NCBI GenBank assembly: GCA_965653225.1 | Contig: CBFGZI010000003.1 | Location: 2,831-66,830, forward strand | Length of the DNA: 64,000 nucleotides | Origin: an uncultured Propionibacteriales bacterium | GTDB lineage: Bacteria; Actinomycetota; Actinomycetes; Propionibacteriales; Nocardioidaceae | Direction: 5' to 3' | Shown here: one piece after another, positions 1 to 9,199 of the stretch | Position numbering within the stretch: the stretch's first letter is position 1 | Layout: every line of letters begins with the position of its first letter | The notes under the pieces: model-generated | Databases searched by the model: none | What the model was told of the DNA's origin: nothing | Seen by the model: the letters and a program-made list of their open reading frames with translations, nothing else | Translations under genes and position numbers: made by a program

Positions 1-2
1 GG

Positions 3-1127
3 TCCTCCGGCTTCCTGATCGGTGCCGCGGGCCTGGCCACGGGCCAGCTGTGGCTGGTCTTCCTCGGCTACGGCTTCGTCGGCGGGATCGGCCTCGGCAT
101 CGGCTACATCTCCCCCGTCTCCACGCTGATCAAGTGGTTCCCCGACCGCCCGGGCCTGGCCACCGGGATGGCGATCATGGGGTTCGGCGGCGGCGCGATG
201 ATCGCCAGCCCCATCTCCGCGCAGCTGATGGGGATGTTCGACCCGTCGTTCAACCCCGACAACACCGAGTCCGTGGCCCAGCCGTCGGCGGTCGCGTCGA
301 TGTTCGTGGTGCTGGGTCTCGTCTACTTCTGCTTCATGATGTTCGGTGCCTTCACCGTCCGCGTCCCTGCCGACGACTGGAAGCCGGAGGGCTACGAGCC
401 GGCACAGGAGGTGCAGCAGAAGCTCGTCACCACCGGCGGCGTCTCGGCCGACAACGCGATCAAGACGCCGCAGTTCTGGCTGCTGTGGACGGTGCTGTTC
501 TGCAACGTCACCGCCGGCATCGGGATCCTCGAGCAGGCGTCGCCGATGATCCAGGACTTCTTCCGCGAGGGCGGAAGCACGTCGGTGAGCTCGAGCGCGG
601 CCGCCGGCTTCGTCGGCGTGCTGTCGATGTGCAACATGGGCGGGCGGTTCCTGTGGTCGACGACGTCCGACATCGTCGGCCGCAAGCCGATGTACATGAT
701 CTACCTCGGCGTCGGCATCGTCGCCTACGTCCTGGTCGCCATGTCGGGGTCCGCGTCCACCGTGCTGTTCGTGCTGCTTGCGGGCCTGATCATCTCCTTC
801 TACGGCGGCGGCTTCGCCACCGTGCCGGCCTACCTCAAGGACCTTTTCGGCAGCTTCCAGGTCGGCGCCGTACACGGGCGGCTGCTGACCGCGTGGTCGG
901 CCGCCGGGGTCGCCGGGCCGCTGATCATCAACGGCTTCCTGGACGCCCAGGGTGAGCCCGGCACGCTGACCGCCGAGGCCTACCAGCCCGCGCTGCTCAC
1001 GATGGTCGCCATCCTGGCGGTCGGCTTCGTCGCCAACCTGCTGATGCGTCCGGTCGCCGAGCGGTTCCACGAGCCCGAGTACCGACGTGCCGCAGCGGCG
1101 GCCGGGGCGACCGGATCGAGAGGATGA
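3..1127 (+). CDS. MFS transporter, oxalate/formate antiporter (OFA) family; 5' end lies outside the window
   Basis: Open in frame from the window edge. Translation contains ...GYISPVSTLIKWFPDRPGLATGMAIMGFGGGA... and multiple hydrophobic helices typical of OFA-type MFS. ORF-track entry 168..1127 is its 3' part. Confidence 0.85.
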   Translation, partial: SSGFLIGAAGLATGQLWLVFLGYGFVGGIGLGIGYISPVSTLIKWFPDRPGLATGMAIMGFGGGAMIASPISAQLMGMFDPSFNPDNTESVAQPSAVASMFVVLGLVYFCFMMFGAFTVRVPADDWKPEGYEPAQEVQQKLVTTGGVSADNAIKTPQFWLLWTVLFCNVTAGIGILEQASPMIQDFFREGGSTSVSSSAAAGFVGVLSMCNMGGRFLWSTTSDIVGRKPMYMIYLGVGIVAYVLVAMSGSASTVLFVLLAGLIISFYGGGFATVPAYLKDLFGSFQVGAVHGRLLTAWSAAGVAGPLIINGFLDAQGEPGTLTAEAYQPALLTMVAILAVGFVANLLMRPVAERFHEPEYRRAAAAAGATGSRG

Positions 1128-1267
1128 ACACGATGACGCAACCCACCACCTCCACCACGACCACGAGCCCGGTCATGCTGGTGGTCGCCTGGGCGCTGGT
1201 CGGCATCCCGCTGCTGTACGGCGTCTGGATGACGCTGCAGACGGCTGCGGCGCTGTTCACCGTCTAG
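1124..1267 (+). CDS. Small single-TM protein (47 aa), resembles the small subunit encoded after OFA-type MFS transporters
   Basis: Below the ORF-track size cutoff. Its ATG overlaps the upstream stop (ATGA at 1124-1127). Translation: MNTMTQPTTSTTTTSPVMLVVAWALVGIPLLYGVWMTLQTAAALFTV, i.e. one TM helix with a VGIPLxYG motif. GC3-rich codons. Confidence 0.6.
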   Translation: MNTMTQPTTSTTTTSPVMLVVAWALVGIPLLYGVWMTLQTAAALFTV

Positions 1268-1313
1268 CAAGGAGGCGCGTTTTCGTCATGCCGCACCCGG
1301 TTACGGGTGGGGT

Positions 1314-2291
1314 ATGACTGGTACACGCTTCGGCTACACGCTCATGACCGAGCAGTCCGGGCCGCGCGAGCTCGTCGACTACGCGGGCGCTGCGGAGGGC
1401 GCGGGCTTCGACTTCGAGGTGATGAGCGACCACTACTTCCCCTGGCTCGACGAGCAGGGGCACGCGGGGTACGCGTGGAGCATGATGGGCGCGGTCACCC
1501 AGGTGACCGAGCGAGTCGAGCTGATGACCTACGTCACCTGCCCGATCATGCGCTACCACCCGGCGGTGGTCGCGCAGAAGGCCGCCACGATCGGGCTGCT
1601 CTCCGACAACCGGTTCACTCTCGGGCTCGGTGCGGGCGAGAACCTCAACGAGCACGTCGTCGGACAGGGCTGGCCGCCGGTGAACGTGCGCCACGAGATG
1701 CTCGACGAGGCCATCGACATCATCCGGGCGCTCTTCGACGGCGGCTACGTCAGCTTCAGCGGCACGCACTACCGCGTCGACTCCGCCAAGATCTGGGACC
1801 TGCCCGAGCTGCAGGTGCCGCTGGCGGTGGCTGTTTCGGGTGACCAGTCGGTGCGCAGCTTCGCGCCGCTGTCCGACGCGATGGTCGCGGTCGAGCCCAA
1901 CCCCGACCTGGTGCGGACCTGGGACGAGGTCAACCCAAAGGCCGAGCGCAAGATCGGCCAGATCCCGATCTGCTGGGACCCCGACCGCGACGAGGCGGTA
2001 CGCCGGGCGCACGCGCAGTTCCGCTGGTTCGCCGGCGGCTGGAAGGTCAACTCCGAGCTGCCGGGTCCGGCCGGCTTCGCCGGTGCCACCCAGTTCGTGC
2101 GCCCCGACGACGTGGCCTCGTCGATCCCGTGCGGCCCCGACGTGCAGCCCATCGTCGACGCGGTCGGCTCGTTCTGGGAGGCCGGCTTCAGCGACGTCGC
2201 GCTGGTGCAGATCGGCGACGAGCGCCAGCACGACTTCCTGCGGTTCGCCGAGTCCGACCTGCTGCCGGCCCTGCGGGAGGCATCCGGCTGA
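1314..2291 (+). CDS. LLM-class F420-dependent oxidoreductase (luciferase-like monooxygenase family)
   Basis: 325 aa. FGYTLMTEQ...DFEVMSDHYFPW...RFTLGLGAGENLNEH pattern is typical of the F420-dependent G6PD-related LLM subgroup. Confidence 0.85.
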   Translation: MTGTRFGYTLMTEQSGPRELVDYAGAAEGAGFDFEVMSDHYFPWLDEQGHAGYAWSMMGAVTQVTERVELMTYVTCPIMRYHPAVVAQKAATIGLLSDNRFTLGLGAGENLNEHVVGQGWPPVNVRHEMLDEAIDIIRALFDGGYVSFSGTHYRVDSAKIWDLPELQVPLAVAVSGDQSVRSFAPLSDAMVAVEPNPDLVRTWDEVNPKAERKIGQIPICWDPDRDEAVRRAHAQFRWFAGGWKVNSELPGPAGFAGATQFVRPDDVASSIPCGPDVQPIVDAVGSFWEAGFSDVALVQIGDERQHDFLRFAESDLLPALREASG

Positions 2292-2380
2292 GCGGCGCGG
2301 GTGGTGGGCGAGGCCCGACCAGTCGCGTGTCAGACCTCGACACATCCACCACCGCAGCGACGACACACGACCAGCGCGGC

Positions 2381-3379
2381 TCAGCGCGCCGCCGGCTCGA
2401 GGTCCTTCGCCCAGTGCACGAAGGTCTCCTTCACCCGCATGCCCACGTGCAGGTAGAGGTCCAGCGCCCCGGTACGGGTGTCGGTGTTGAGCTCGGCCTT
2501 GGTCATCCCCCGCGCCCGGGCCTCACCGAACGCGCGCAGCAGCAGCGCTCGGGCCAGCCCGCGGCCTCGCCGGTCGCGGCGCACGGCGAGGTACTGCACC
2601 CAGCCGGTGTCGCGCGAGGGGATCACGAAGCACACGCCGACCACGTGTTCACCCTGGCCTTCTCTGCTCTGGTCCCCCTGGTTCCCGCGCTCCACGGCCA
2701 CCAGCAGCTGCCAGGGCTCGAAGCCGGGCCGCTCCAGCACGACCGCCGACCAGTCCTCGAACGACGTCGGGTCTCGGTCGGGCCACTCCGCGAACGCGTC
2801 CTCGACCGTCTGGTAGGCCATGCGCTCGTCCTGGCCGGGCACCATGGGCCGGATAGTCACGCCATCCGGCAGCGGGTTCGACGCGATCTCCGCGCCCTCG
2901 GGCAGCTCGAGGATCCACGAGGTCCAGAGCCGGCGGTAGCCGTGCGCCTCGAACAGCGCCGTCGCCCCCCTCGCACGCTCGGAGACCGTCTGCCCGACCA
3001 GCGTCCCCCCGAGGCCGGCTGCCAGCCGCCACGTCCAGCCCATCAGCGCCGTGCCAAGGCCGCGGCCGCGCACCTCCGGGAGCACGTACACCTCGGCGCG
3101 ACGGCCCTTGTACACCTCGCCGTAGGCCACCAGCCGGTCATGCTCGTCGAACACGCCCAGACTCTCGGTGGCGAGGTCGAAGCTCGGCCGCTGCCAGTCG
3201 CCGACGATGTCCTCGAGCTCGATCTGCACCTCGCCGATGTCGTGCTCCTCGCATACGGCCATCAGCTCGGTCACGGCGCGGGCGTCGTCCGGCGTCAGCG
3301 GCCGGCACCGGTACGGCGCGGTCAGGTCGATCGCTGTCGTCACCGACGCAGCATCGCCGATGCGACCGGCCCGGCGCAC
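2381..3379 (-). CDS. GNAT family N-acetyltransferase with two tandem GNAT folds (MshD-like architecture)
   Basis: 332 aa. Two acetyl-CoA-binding-type motifs (VLPEVRGRGLGTALM and VRRDRRGRGLARALL). The exact start is uncertain. Confidence 0.8.
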   Translation of the reverse strand: MRRAGRIGDAASVTTAIDLTAPYRCRPLTPDDARAVTELMAVCEEHDIGEVQIELEDIVGDWQRPSFDLATESLGVFDEHDRLVAYGEVYKGRRAEVYVLPEVRGRGLGTALMGWTWRLAAGLGGTLVGQTVSERARGATALFEAHGYRRLWTSWILELPEGAEIASNPLPDGVTIRPMVPGQDERMAYQTVEDAFAEWPDRDPTSFEDWSAVVLERPGFEPWQLLVAVERGNQGDQSREGQGEHVVGVCFVIPSRDTGWVQYLAVRRDRRGRGLARALLLRAFGEARARGMTKAELNTDTRTGALDLYLHVGMRVKETFVHWAKDLEPAAR

Positions 3380-3422
3380 GCGAATTCGGGAGTGCGTGTC
3401 GCCGGGCCGGTCGATGGACGCG

Positions 3423-5771
3423 TCAGCGGCAGGTGAAGGCCTCGACGTTGTCCAGCCACCAACCGAAGATGGCGGCCGCGCGGTCTCCGCTCACCGTCCA
3501 CCGCAGCCGTACGCTGCGGCCGGCGAAGCGGCTCAGGTCGAGCCGGCTGGACATGTAGCCGTGGCTGTCGCCGCCGAACCCGACGAACGGCTTCGGCCCG
3601 GCACCGATGATCCGCTGCTTGGGCCCGTTCACCCACCGCATGCCCGCGGTGCTCCTCCATGTGCGGCCCCGGTCCAGCGAGATCTGGAGCTGCCCGCCGT
3701 CGAAGTAGCGGGCCGCCGCTCCGGTGCGGAAGTTGTACTCGAACAGCCGCGCATGGTCGAACCGCAGGAACGTCTTGCCGACGCGTGCGACGTGGATCGG
3801 CTTGCGCAGCACCAGGCTGCTCGTACGCGGGTCACCCTGCGTGGGGTCGGGGTCGAAGCCGAAGAGGCTGTTCTGCCCGCTGGTGGCGAAGGGGCCGAGG
3901 ACGCCGTCCAGCGCCGGCTTCGGAAGCCGCAGCCACAGCTTCCCGAACTGCCAGACCTTTCGCGCCGGGTGCTCCATGTTGTCGAAGAACAGCCGGTGGC
4001 TGCGGGCGTTGCGCGGCGTGCACCGCGGCGCCTCCGGGGCGGTCGCGACGTGTGGCTGCTTCAGCAGCTGGGTGGCCTTGACGGCTCGTTTCACCTGGAC
4101 GCAGTCGGCCTTCGTGATCCGCGGCTTGCCGTGGCCCACGAGCGCACGGCAGGCCTGGGGCAGCACGCGGCCGAGGTCGGCGTAGTCGCTGCCGGAGGTC
4201 AGCATGCGGAGGGTGCGCAGGTAGATGCGCGCGGTCTTCAGCCCACGGGCGGGGTTCGGGCGCGCCGGCTCGATGCCATGAACGGTCACGCCGTTGAGCC
4301 TGCCGCCGTGGAAGATCAGGTACGCCGTCTTGTTGCCCACGCCGTTGTTCTGGTGGACACCGCCCGCGTCCGCACCGCGCGCGTCGGCCACGTAGAGCCG
4401 GCTGCGCATGCTGTCGGGCTGACCGAAGCGTCCCGGGTTCGCCATGCTCCGGATCGCACCGAGGTTGGTGTCCTCACCGATCAGGAAGTCCTGCGAGGGT
4501 GCGTCGCTGCCGCGCCCGTCGCGCTGGTCGATGATCTCGCCGAAGACATCGGCAAACGACTCGTTCATAGCGCCGGCCTGGTAAAGCATGAACAGGTTGG
4601 CGGTGTGCTGCACCACGCCGTGGGTCAGCTCGTGGCCGACCACGTCGTCGCCGAGGTCCAGGCCCTGCCCGAAGAAGGCCTCGCGGCCGTTCCAGAACGC
4701 GTTGTTGAAAGCGGGGATCTTGGCGGTTGCGCGGATCTTGCGGCCGTCGGCGCCGGTCCTGCCGATCATCTTGGGCAGGTTCACACCGAGCCGGCGGTAC
4801 AGGGCGACGGTGTCGGTGATGGTGTTGAACACCTGGTCGACGTTGCGGTCGCCGGTCGGCGGGTCTCCGTCGGTACGGGCGTAGTCGGCCTGGTTGCAGG
4901 GGAAGTCCTGGGGGACGGCACCCTCGGTCGTGCGGTCACAGACCGCCTGGGCGTCCGCGACCTGGTTCGCGCTTTCGACGATCCGACCGGTCACCGCGTC
5001 GATGAGGACCAGCTGGCGGATGTCGGTGCCGTTGGAGACGTCGACCCGCCACACCGGCCCGGGCTGGAACTGCACGGGGCTGCCGAACAGCGACGGGTCG
5101 TAGAACACCTCGCGTGCCGGGCTCACCGAGAGCGAGCTCGCCGACAGGCCGTACCGCTTCGCCGTGGCCACCAGCGCCGTGCGCGACGCGGCCGCGGCCG
5201 ACTCCGACGGGGCGCTGACCGTGATGTTGGGAGACGTGGTCTCGCCGTTGACCGACTGCAGCGCGCCGTCGCCGTCGAGCGACACGGCGAGCTCGCCGCC
5301 GAGAACCGGCAGCCCGTCCACCTGCTGCCCGAACTTCACGATGTGGCTGCGCCCGACGGTGTTCTCGACACCGACGACGTGCAGCTGGGCCTTCGGGTGG
5401 GTGACGCCGAACATGGCGCCGTAGCGGTCCATGTGCGCGCTGGCGGCCTGCACCGGAGTGTCGGCCGGGGTCACCGCGCTCGAGTCCACCGGCGCACCGA
5501 GCGTACCGACGAAGTTCGCCTCGCCGTCTCCGTCGGAGCTCACGACGACCGGGCCGGTGGCATCGGCACGCAGCCGCGCCTCGGCGGCCTGTTCCTCCGC
5601 GCTGCCGGGTCCGGAGCCGCTTGGGTCGTCAGCCGCTGCCGTAGGGGACACAGCGGTGGGCGACGCACCGGTGGCAGGCACAGCGGTGGCGGACAGGGCG
5701 CTGGTCGTGGCGGTGAAGCCGCCGACCAGCGACAGGGTTACAAGACAAGAAAGGGCATGGCGCGAGCGCAT
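3423..5771 (-). CDS. Secreted M4 (thermolysin-like) zinc metallopeptidase with propeptide and extra C-terminal domain
   Basis: HELTHGVVQ (HExxH) plus downstream NESFADVFG and GGVHQNNGVGNKTAY motifs. Signal-peptide-like MRSRHALSCLVTLSLVGG at the internal ATG (5771), chosen over the ORF-track start 5825. Confidence 0.9.
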   Translation of the reverse strand: MRSRHALSCLVTLSLVGGFTATTSALSATAVPATGASPTAVSPTAAADDPSGSGPGSAEEQAAEARLRADATGPVVVSSDGDGEANFVGTLGAPVDSSAVTPADTPVQAASAHMDRYGAMFGVTHPKAQLHVVGVENTVGRSHIVKFGQQVDGLPVLGGELAVSLDGDGALQSVNGETTSPNITVSAPSESAAAASRTALVATAKRYGLSASSLSVSPAREVFYDPSLFGSPVQFQPGPVWRVDVSNGTDIRQLVLIDAVTGRIVESANQVADAQAVCDRTTEGAVPQDFPCNQADYARTDGDPPTGDRNVDQVFNTITDTVALYRRLGVNLPKMIGRTGADGRKIRATAKIPAFNNAFWNGREAFFGQGLDLGDDVVGHELTHGVVQHTANLFMLYQAGAMNESFADVFGEIIDQRDGRGSDAPSQDFLIGEDTNLGAIRSMANPGRFGQPDSMRSRLYVADARGADAGGVHQNNGVGNKTAYLIFHGGRLNGVTVHGIEPARPNPARGLKTARIYLRTLRMLTSGSDYADLGRVLPQACRALVGHGKPRITKADCVQVKRAVKATQLLKQPHVATAPEAPRCTPRNARSHRLFFDNMEHPARKVWQFGKLWLRLPKPALDGVLGPFATSGQNSLFGFDPDPTQGDPRTSSLVLRKPIHVARVGKTFLRFDHARLFEYNFRTGAAARYFDGGQLQISLDRGRTWRSTAGMRWVNGPKQRIIGAGPKPFVGFGGDSHGYMSSRLDLSRFAGRSVRLRWTVSGDRAAAIFGWWLDNVEAFTCR

Positions 5772-5877
5772 TAAAACCCCCCGTTCCTGCCCCCAAGTGG
5801 TTTGAGGGCAGCGTAGTCGCGCCACGCAAAAAATGCTTGCATGAACCGATGATCCGGCCCGTTGGGACCAGACCCGG

Positions 5878-6804
5878 CTAGGCCACCGTGATCACTATCT
5901 TGCCCTGGGTGTGGCCCTCCTTGCTCCTTGACAAAGCCTGCGCGGCCTCATCGAGCGGAAAGGTCTCGGTCACCTCCACGCGCAGACGTCCGTCCGCGAC
6001 ATAGCCGACCAACCGGTCGAGCATCGCCGCGTCCGGGCGCACGAACACATAGTGGCCGCCGGGCCGCTCGAGCACCCCGGGGTCGGTCACGGAGGCCTCG
6101 CGGGCCTCGGCGGCGAGTGCCTCGCGGGACCGCTCGAGGGCGTCGCCGCCGACCAGGTCCAGCGCCACGTCGATGCCGTCGGGCGCGAGGTCACGCACCC
6201 GCTGCGCGAGCCCCTCGCCGTACTCCACCGGCTCCGCCCCCAGCGACCGGACGAAGTCGTGGCGGCCGCTGCTGGCCGTGCCGATCACGCGCGCGCCCCG
6301 CAGCGCGGCGAGCTGGACGGCGAACGTACCGACGCCGCCGGCCGCGTTGTGCACGAGGACGGTGTCCGCCTTCGACACCTCGGCGGCCTCGAGCAGCTGC
6401 TCGGCGGTCAGCCCCGCCAGCGGCAGCCCGCCCGCCGGTACGAGGTCGACGCCATCGGGGACCTTCGCCACCGCGCGCTCGGGCACCGCGACCTTCTCGG
6501 CGAAGGTGCCGTGCTGGACGTGGTCCTTGCGCGCGTAGGCGAGCACCGGGTCACCGGCCGCCACGGAGGTGACGGCAGGGCCGACCGCCTCCACGACGCC
6601 GGCCACGTCCCACCCGGGCACCAGCGGCAGATGGTGCGGGAACGCGCCCTGCAGATAGCCGGCCACGATCTTCCAGTCCACCGGGTTCACCCCGGCGGCA
6701 CGGACCGACACCAGCACGAAGTCGGGGCCGACCAGCGGGTCGTCGAGCTCACCGACCTCGACGACCGACGGGTCACCGAACTCTCGAATCAATGCTGCTC
6801 TCAT
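5878..6804 (-). CDS. NADPH:quinone oxidoreductase / zinc-type alcohol dehydrogenase family (MDR superfamily)
   Basis: MRAALIREFGDPSVVEV...VRAAGVNPVDWK...HNAAGGVGTFAVQLA (Rossmann AxxGxxG). Start taken at the internal ATG 6804. Confidence 0.85.
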   Translation of the reverse strand: MRAALIREFGDPSVVEVGELDDPLVGPDFVLVSVRAAGVNPVDWKIVAGYLQGAFPHHLPLVPGWDVAGVVEAVGPAVTSVAAGDPVLAYARKDHVQHGTFAEKVAVPERAVAKVPDGVDLVPAGGLPLAGLTAEQLLEAAEVSKADTVLVHNAAGGVGTFAVQLAALRGARVIGTASSGRHDFVRSLGAEPVEYGEGLAQRVRDLAPDGIDVALDLVGGDALERSREALAAEAREASVTDPGVLERPGGHYVFVRPDAAMLDRLVGYVADGRLRVEVTETFPLDEAAQALSRSKEGHTQGKIVITVA

Positions 6805-6859
6805 GTTTGGCGCCCCTACCCCGCGGGAGGCGGCGTCATGCACCTCGAGCGCTTCCGTG

Positions 6860-7357
6860 TCAGCCGGAGCCGTCCGGGTCGCGCGGTTCGAGGCGCACGT
6901 ACGGGAGGACCCGTCCGAGCGCGCGGTAGGACGCCTCGCTGCCGTCCACCGGCACCCCCATCTGCCGCGCGACCATCCGGGCCGACCGAGGGCGGCGGCG
7001 TGCGTAGTCGACCATCAGGTCGCCGCCCTCCTCCGCCGGCAGCGGGCGCGCGCGAACGGCGTGGCGCCGTGCTCCGAGCACGATCTGCGCGTCCGGGTCG
7101 GCCAGCAGGTTGCGGTACCAGTTGGAGGTCGGCCCGTACCCGGACGCGACCGTGACGGCTCCGGTCGCCGGGTCGCGGACCACGACCTCGACCACGACCT
7201 GCCGCCACCGGCCCGACGTGCGCCCGCGGTGGACGAGCATGACCAGGCGGTGGCCGAACAGCCACCCGAGACGAGCCCGATAGGCCAGCAGCGGCGCGCG
7301 GAACAGCCAGCGTCGCGGGCCGGTGGTCGGCAGGGTCTGCCAGTGCGGAGTCGCCAT
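6860..7357 (-). CDS. Deazaflavin (F420)-dependent nitroreductase family protein (Ddn-like)
   Basis: Only the C-terminal 165 aa of ORF 6860..7660 look protein-like: ...LVMLVHRGRTSGRWRQVVVEV...GYGPTSNWYRNLLADPDAQIV..., characteristic of the DDN/split-barrel family. Start at ATG 7357. Confidence 0.8.
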   Translation of the reverse strand: MATPHWQTLPTTGPRRWLFRAPLLAYRARLGWLFGHRLVMLVHRGRTSGRWRQVVVEVVVRDPATGAVTVASGYGPTSNWYRNLLADPDAQIVLGARRHAVRARPLPAEEGGDLMVDYARRRPRSARMVARQMGVPVDGSEASYRALGRVLPYVRLEPRDPDGSG

Positions 7358-7366
7358 TCCCCCATC

Positions 7367-7825
7367 ATGGGAGGCGTGTCCAGACTGCTGATCGTCCACC
7401 ACACGCCCTCGCCGTCCATGCAGGCCATGCTGGAGTCGGTGGTGTCGGGGGCCAACCACGAGGACATCGAGGGTGTCGAGGTCGTCGTACGGCCCGCGCT
7501 GTCGGCGACCGCGGTCGACGTGCTGGAGGCCGACGGCTACCTGCTCGGCACGCCGGCCAACCTCGGCTACATGTCGGGCGCGCTCAAGCACTTCTTCGAC
7601 ACCGTCTACTACCCGGTGCTCGACGCGACCCAGAAGCGGCCGTTCGCGGCGTACGTGCACGGCAACGAGGGCGTCGAGGGTGCCGTCCGGGCGATCGGCA
7701 GCGTCACGACCGGCCTGCAGTGGAAGCAGGTCGCCGAGCCGGTGACGGTGATGGGCGAGCCGAGCAAGGAGGACCTCGAGTCGTGCTGGGAGCTCGGCGC
7801 CACCGTCGCCGCGGGGCTGATGTGA
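7367..7825 (+). CDS. Flavodoxin-like fold / NAD(P)H-dependent FMN reductase-type protein
   Basis: Only the last 152 aa of ORF 6803..7825 are protein-like: RLLIVHHTPSPSMQAML...DGYLLGTPANLGYMSGALKHFFD. Divergent from the Ddn-like gene. Confidence 0.7.
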   Translation: MGGVSRLLIVHHTPSPSMQAMLESVVSGANHEDIEGVEVVVRPALSATAVDVLEADGYLLGTPANLGYMSGALKHFFDTVYYPVLDATQKRPFAAYVHGNEGVEGAVRAIGSVTTGLQWKQVAEPVTVMGEPSKEDLESCWELGATVAAGLM

Positions 7826-7828
7826 GCC

Positions 7829-8371
7829 TCAGCAGGCGCCCGGGCCGGCGTCCAGCCGCTCGACGACGTCCTGCACGACGCGTTCCGCCGGTTCGTCGGT
7901 CACCTCGACGGTGAAGCCGTCCTCGTCGGGCTGCAGCGGCTCGAGAGAGTCGAGCTGTGACTGCAGCAGGCTCGGTGGCATGAAGTGCCTGCGACTCTGC
8001 GTCCGCTGCTGCAGCCGCTCACGGTCGACGTGCAGGTGCACGAAGCAGGTGTTGTCGGCTCCGCCGCGCAGCGCGTCGCGGTAGCGGCGTCGCAGGGCCG
8101 AGCAGGTCATCACCGTCGACACGCCCTGCTCGTGCTTCTCCCGCACCCAGGCCGCGAGGCCGCGCAGCCAGGGCTCCCGGTCGACGTCGTCGAGCGGGAT
8201 GCCCTCCGACATCTTCTTCACGTTCGCCGGCGGGTGGAAGTCGTCACCCTCGGCGAACGCGTAGCCGAGCCGACCCGACAGCTCCTTCGCCACGGTCGTC
8301 TTGCCCGAACCGGACACACCCATGACCACCAGGTGCCTCGGCGACTCCCCCGCACGTGGACCTCGGCTCAT
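7829..8371 (-). CDS. gntK: Gluconokinase
   Basis: P-loop VVMGVSGSGKTTVAKEL, followed by FAEGDDFHPPANVKKMSEGIPLDDVDREPWL, the classic gluconate kinase signature. Confidence 0.85.
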   Translation of the reverse strand: MSRGPRAGESPRHLVVMGVSGSGKTTVAKELSGRLGYAFAEGDDFHPPANVKKMSEGIPLDDVDREPWLRGLAAWVREKHEQGVSTVMTCSALRRRYRDALRGGADNTCFVHLHVDRERLQQRTQSRRHFMPPSLLQSQLDSLEPLQPDEDGFTVEVTDEPAERVVQDVVERLDAGPGAC

Positions 8372-8454
8372 CGGGCTTGCCCCTCTCGTCTCTGGTCACG
8401 CTGTCGTGTTCGTGTCACGGCCACGCTGGCACACACCCTGAGTAGGCTCACCCC

Positions 8455-9177
8455 ATGGCACCCACGCTGCACCAGGGTGTGCTCGAACGGCTCGGCCCCG
8501 ACATCATCAGCGGCGCCTACCCGCCCGGTCACGTGCTGACCCTGGAGCGTCTCTGCACCGACTTCGGCGTGTCGCGGACGGTCGCGCGCGAGGTGGTGCA
8601 GGTGCTGGCGTCCATGGGCCTGGTGGAGAGCCGGCGTCGAACCGGCGTGACGGTGCGACCCTCGGAGCACTGGAACGTCTTCGACCCGTCGCTGATCCGG
8701 TGGCGTCTCGACGGGCCGGAGCGCCCGTCACAGCTGCGCCAGCTCACCGAGCTGCGGGCCGCCATCGAGCCGCTGGCCGCGGCCGGTGCCGCGAGGAACG
8801 CCAGCGATGCGCAGTGCAAGCGGCTGATGGAGCTGGCCGCACTGATGGAGGAGGCCGGCAACCAGGGCGACCTCGAGGTGTTCCTCGACTACGACATCGA
8901 GTTCCACCGGCTCGTGCTGGAGGGGTCGGGCAACGACATGTTCGCCGGGCTGAGCGACGTGGTCGAGGAGGTGCTGCGCGGGCGTACCCACCACCACCTG
9001 ATGCCTCGCCACCCCAAGGCCGAGGCGCGACGGCTGCACGAGGTGGTCGCCGACGCCATCGCCGAGAGGGAACCCGAGGTGGCGCAGGCGTCCATGACCG
9101 CGATCGTCGCGGAGGTGGTCGCCGTGATGACCAGGATCGGCGACCTCTCCGAGACGGACCGGGACAGCACGGACTAG
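8455..9177 (+). CDS. GntR/FadR-family transcriptional regulator (wHTH + FCD domain)
   Basis: N-terminal LTLERLCTDFGVSRTVAREVVQVLASMGLVESRRRTGVTV (GntR HTH) and a helical FCD-type C-terminus. Divergent from gntK. Confidence 0.85.
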   Translation: MAPTLHQGVLERLGPDIISGAYPPGHVLTLERLCTDFGVSRTVAREVVQVLASMGLVESRRRTGVTVRPSEHWNVFDPSLIRWRLDGPERPSQLRQLTELRAAIEPLAAAGAARNASDAQCKRLMELAALMEEAGNQGDLEVFLDYDIEFHRLVLEGSGNDMFAGLSDVVEEVLRGRTHHHLMPRHPKAEARRLHEVVADAIAEREPEVAQASMTAIVAEVVAVMTRIGDLSETDRDSTD

Positions 9178-9199
9178 GCACGTACGCCGGGCTCCTCCC

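Noticed and set aside
3168-5774. 868-aa ORF on the plus strand
   Set aside because: It is antisense to the clearly real M4 peptidase gene. The translation is Arg/Ala/Gly/Pro-rich low-complexity sequence typical of off-frame reading in high-GC DNA, with no motif.
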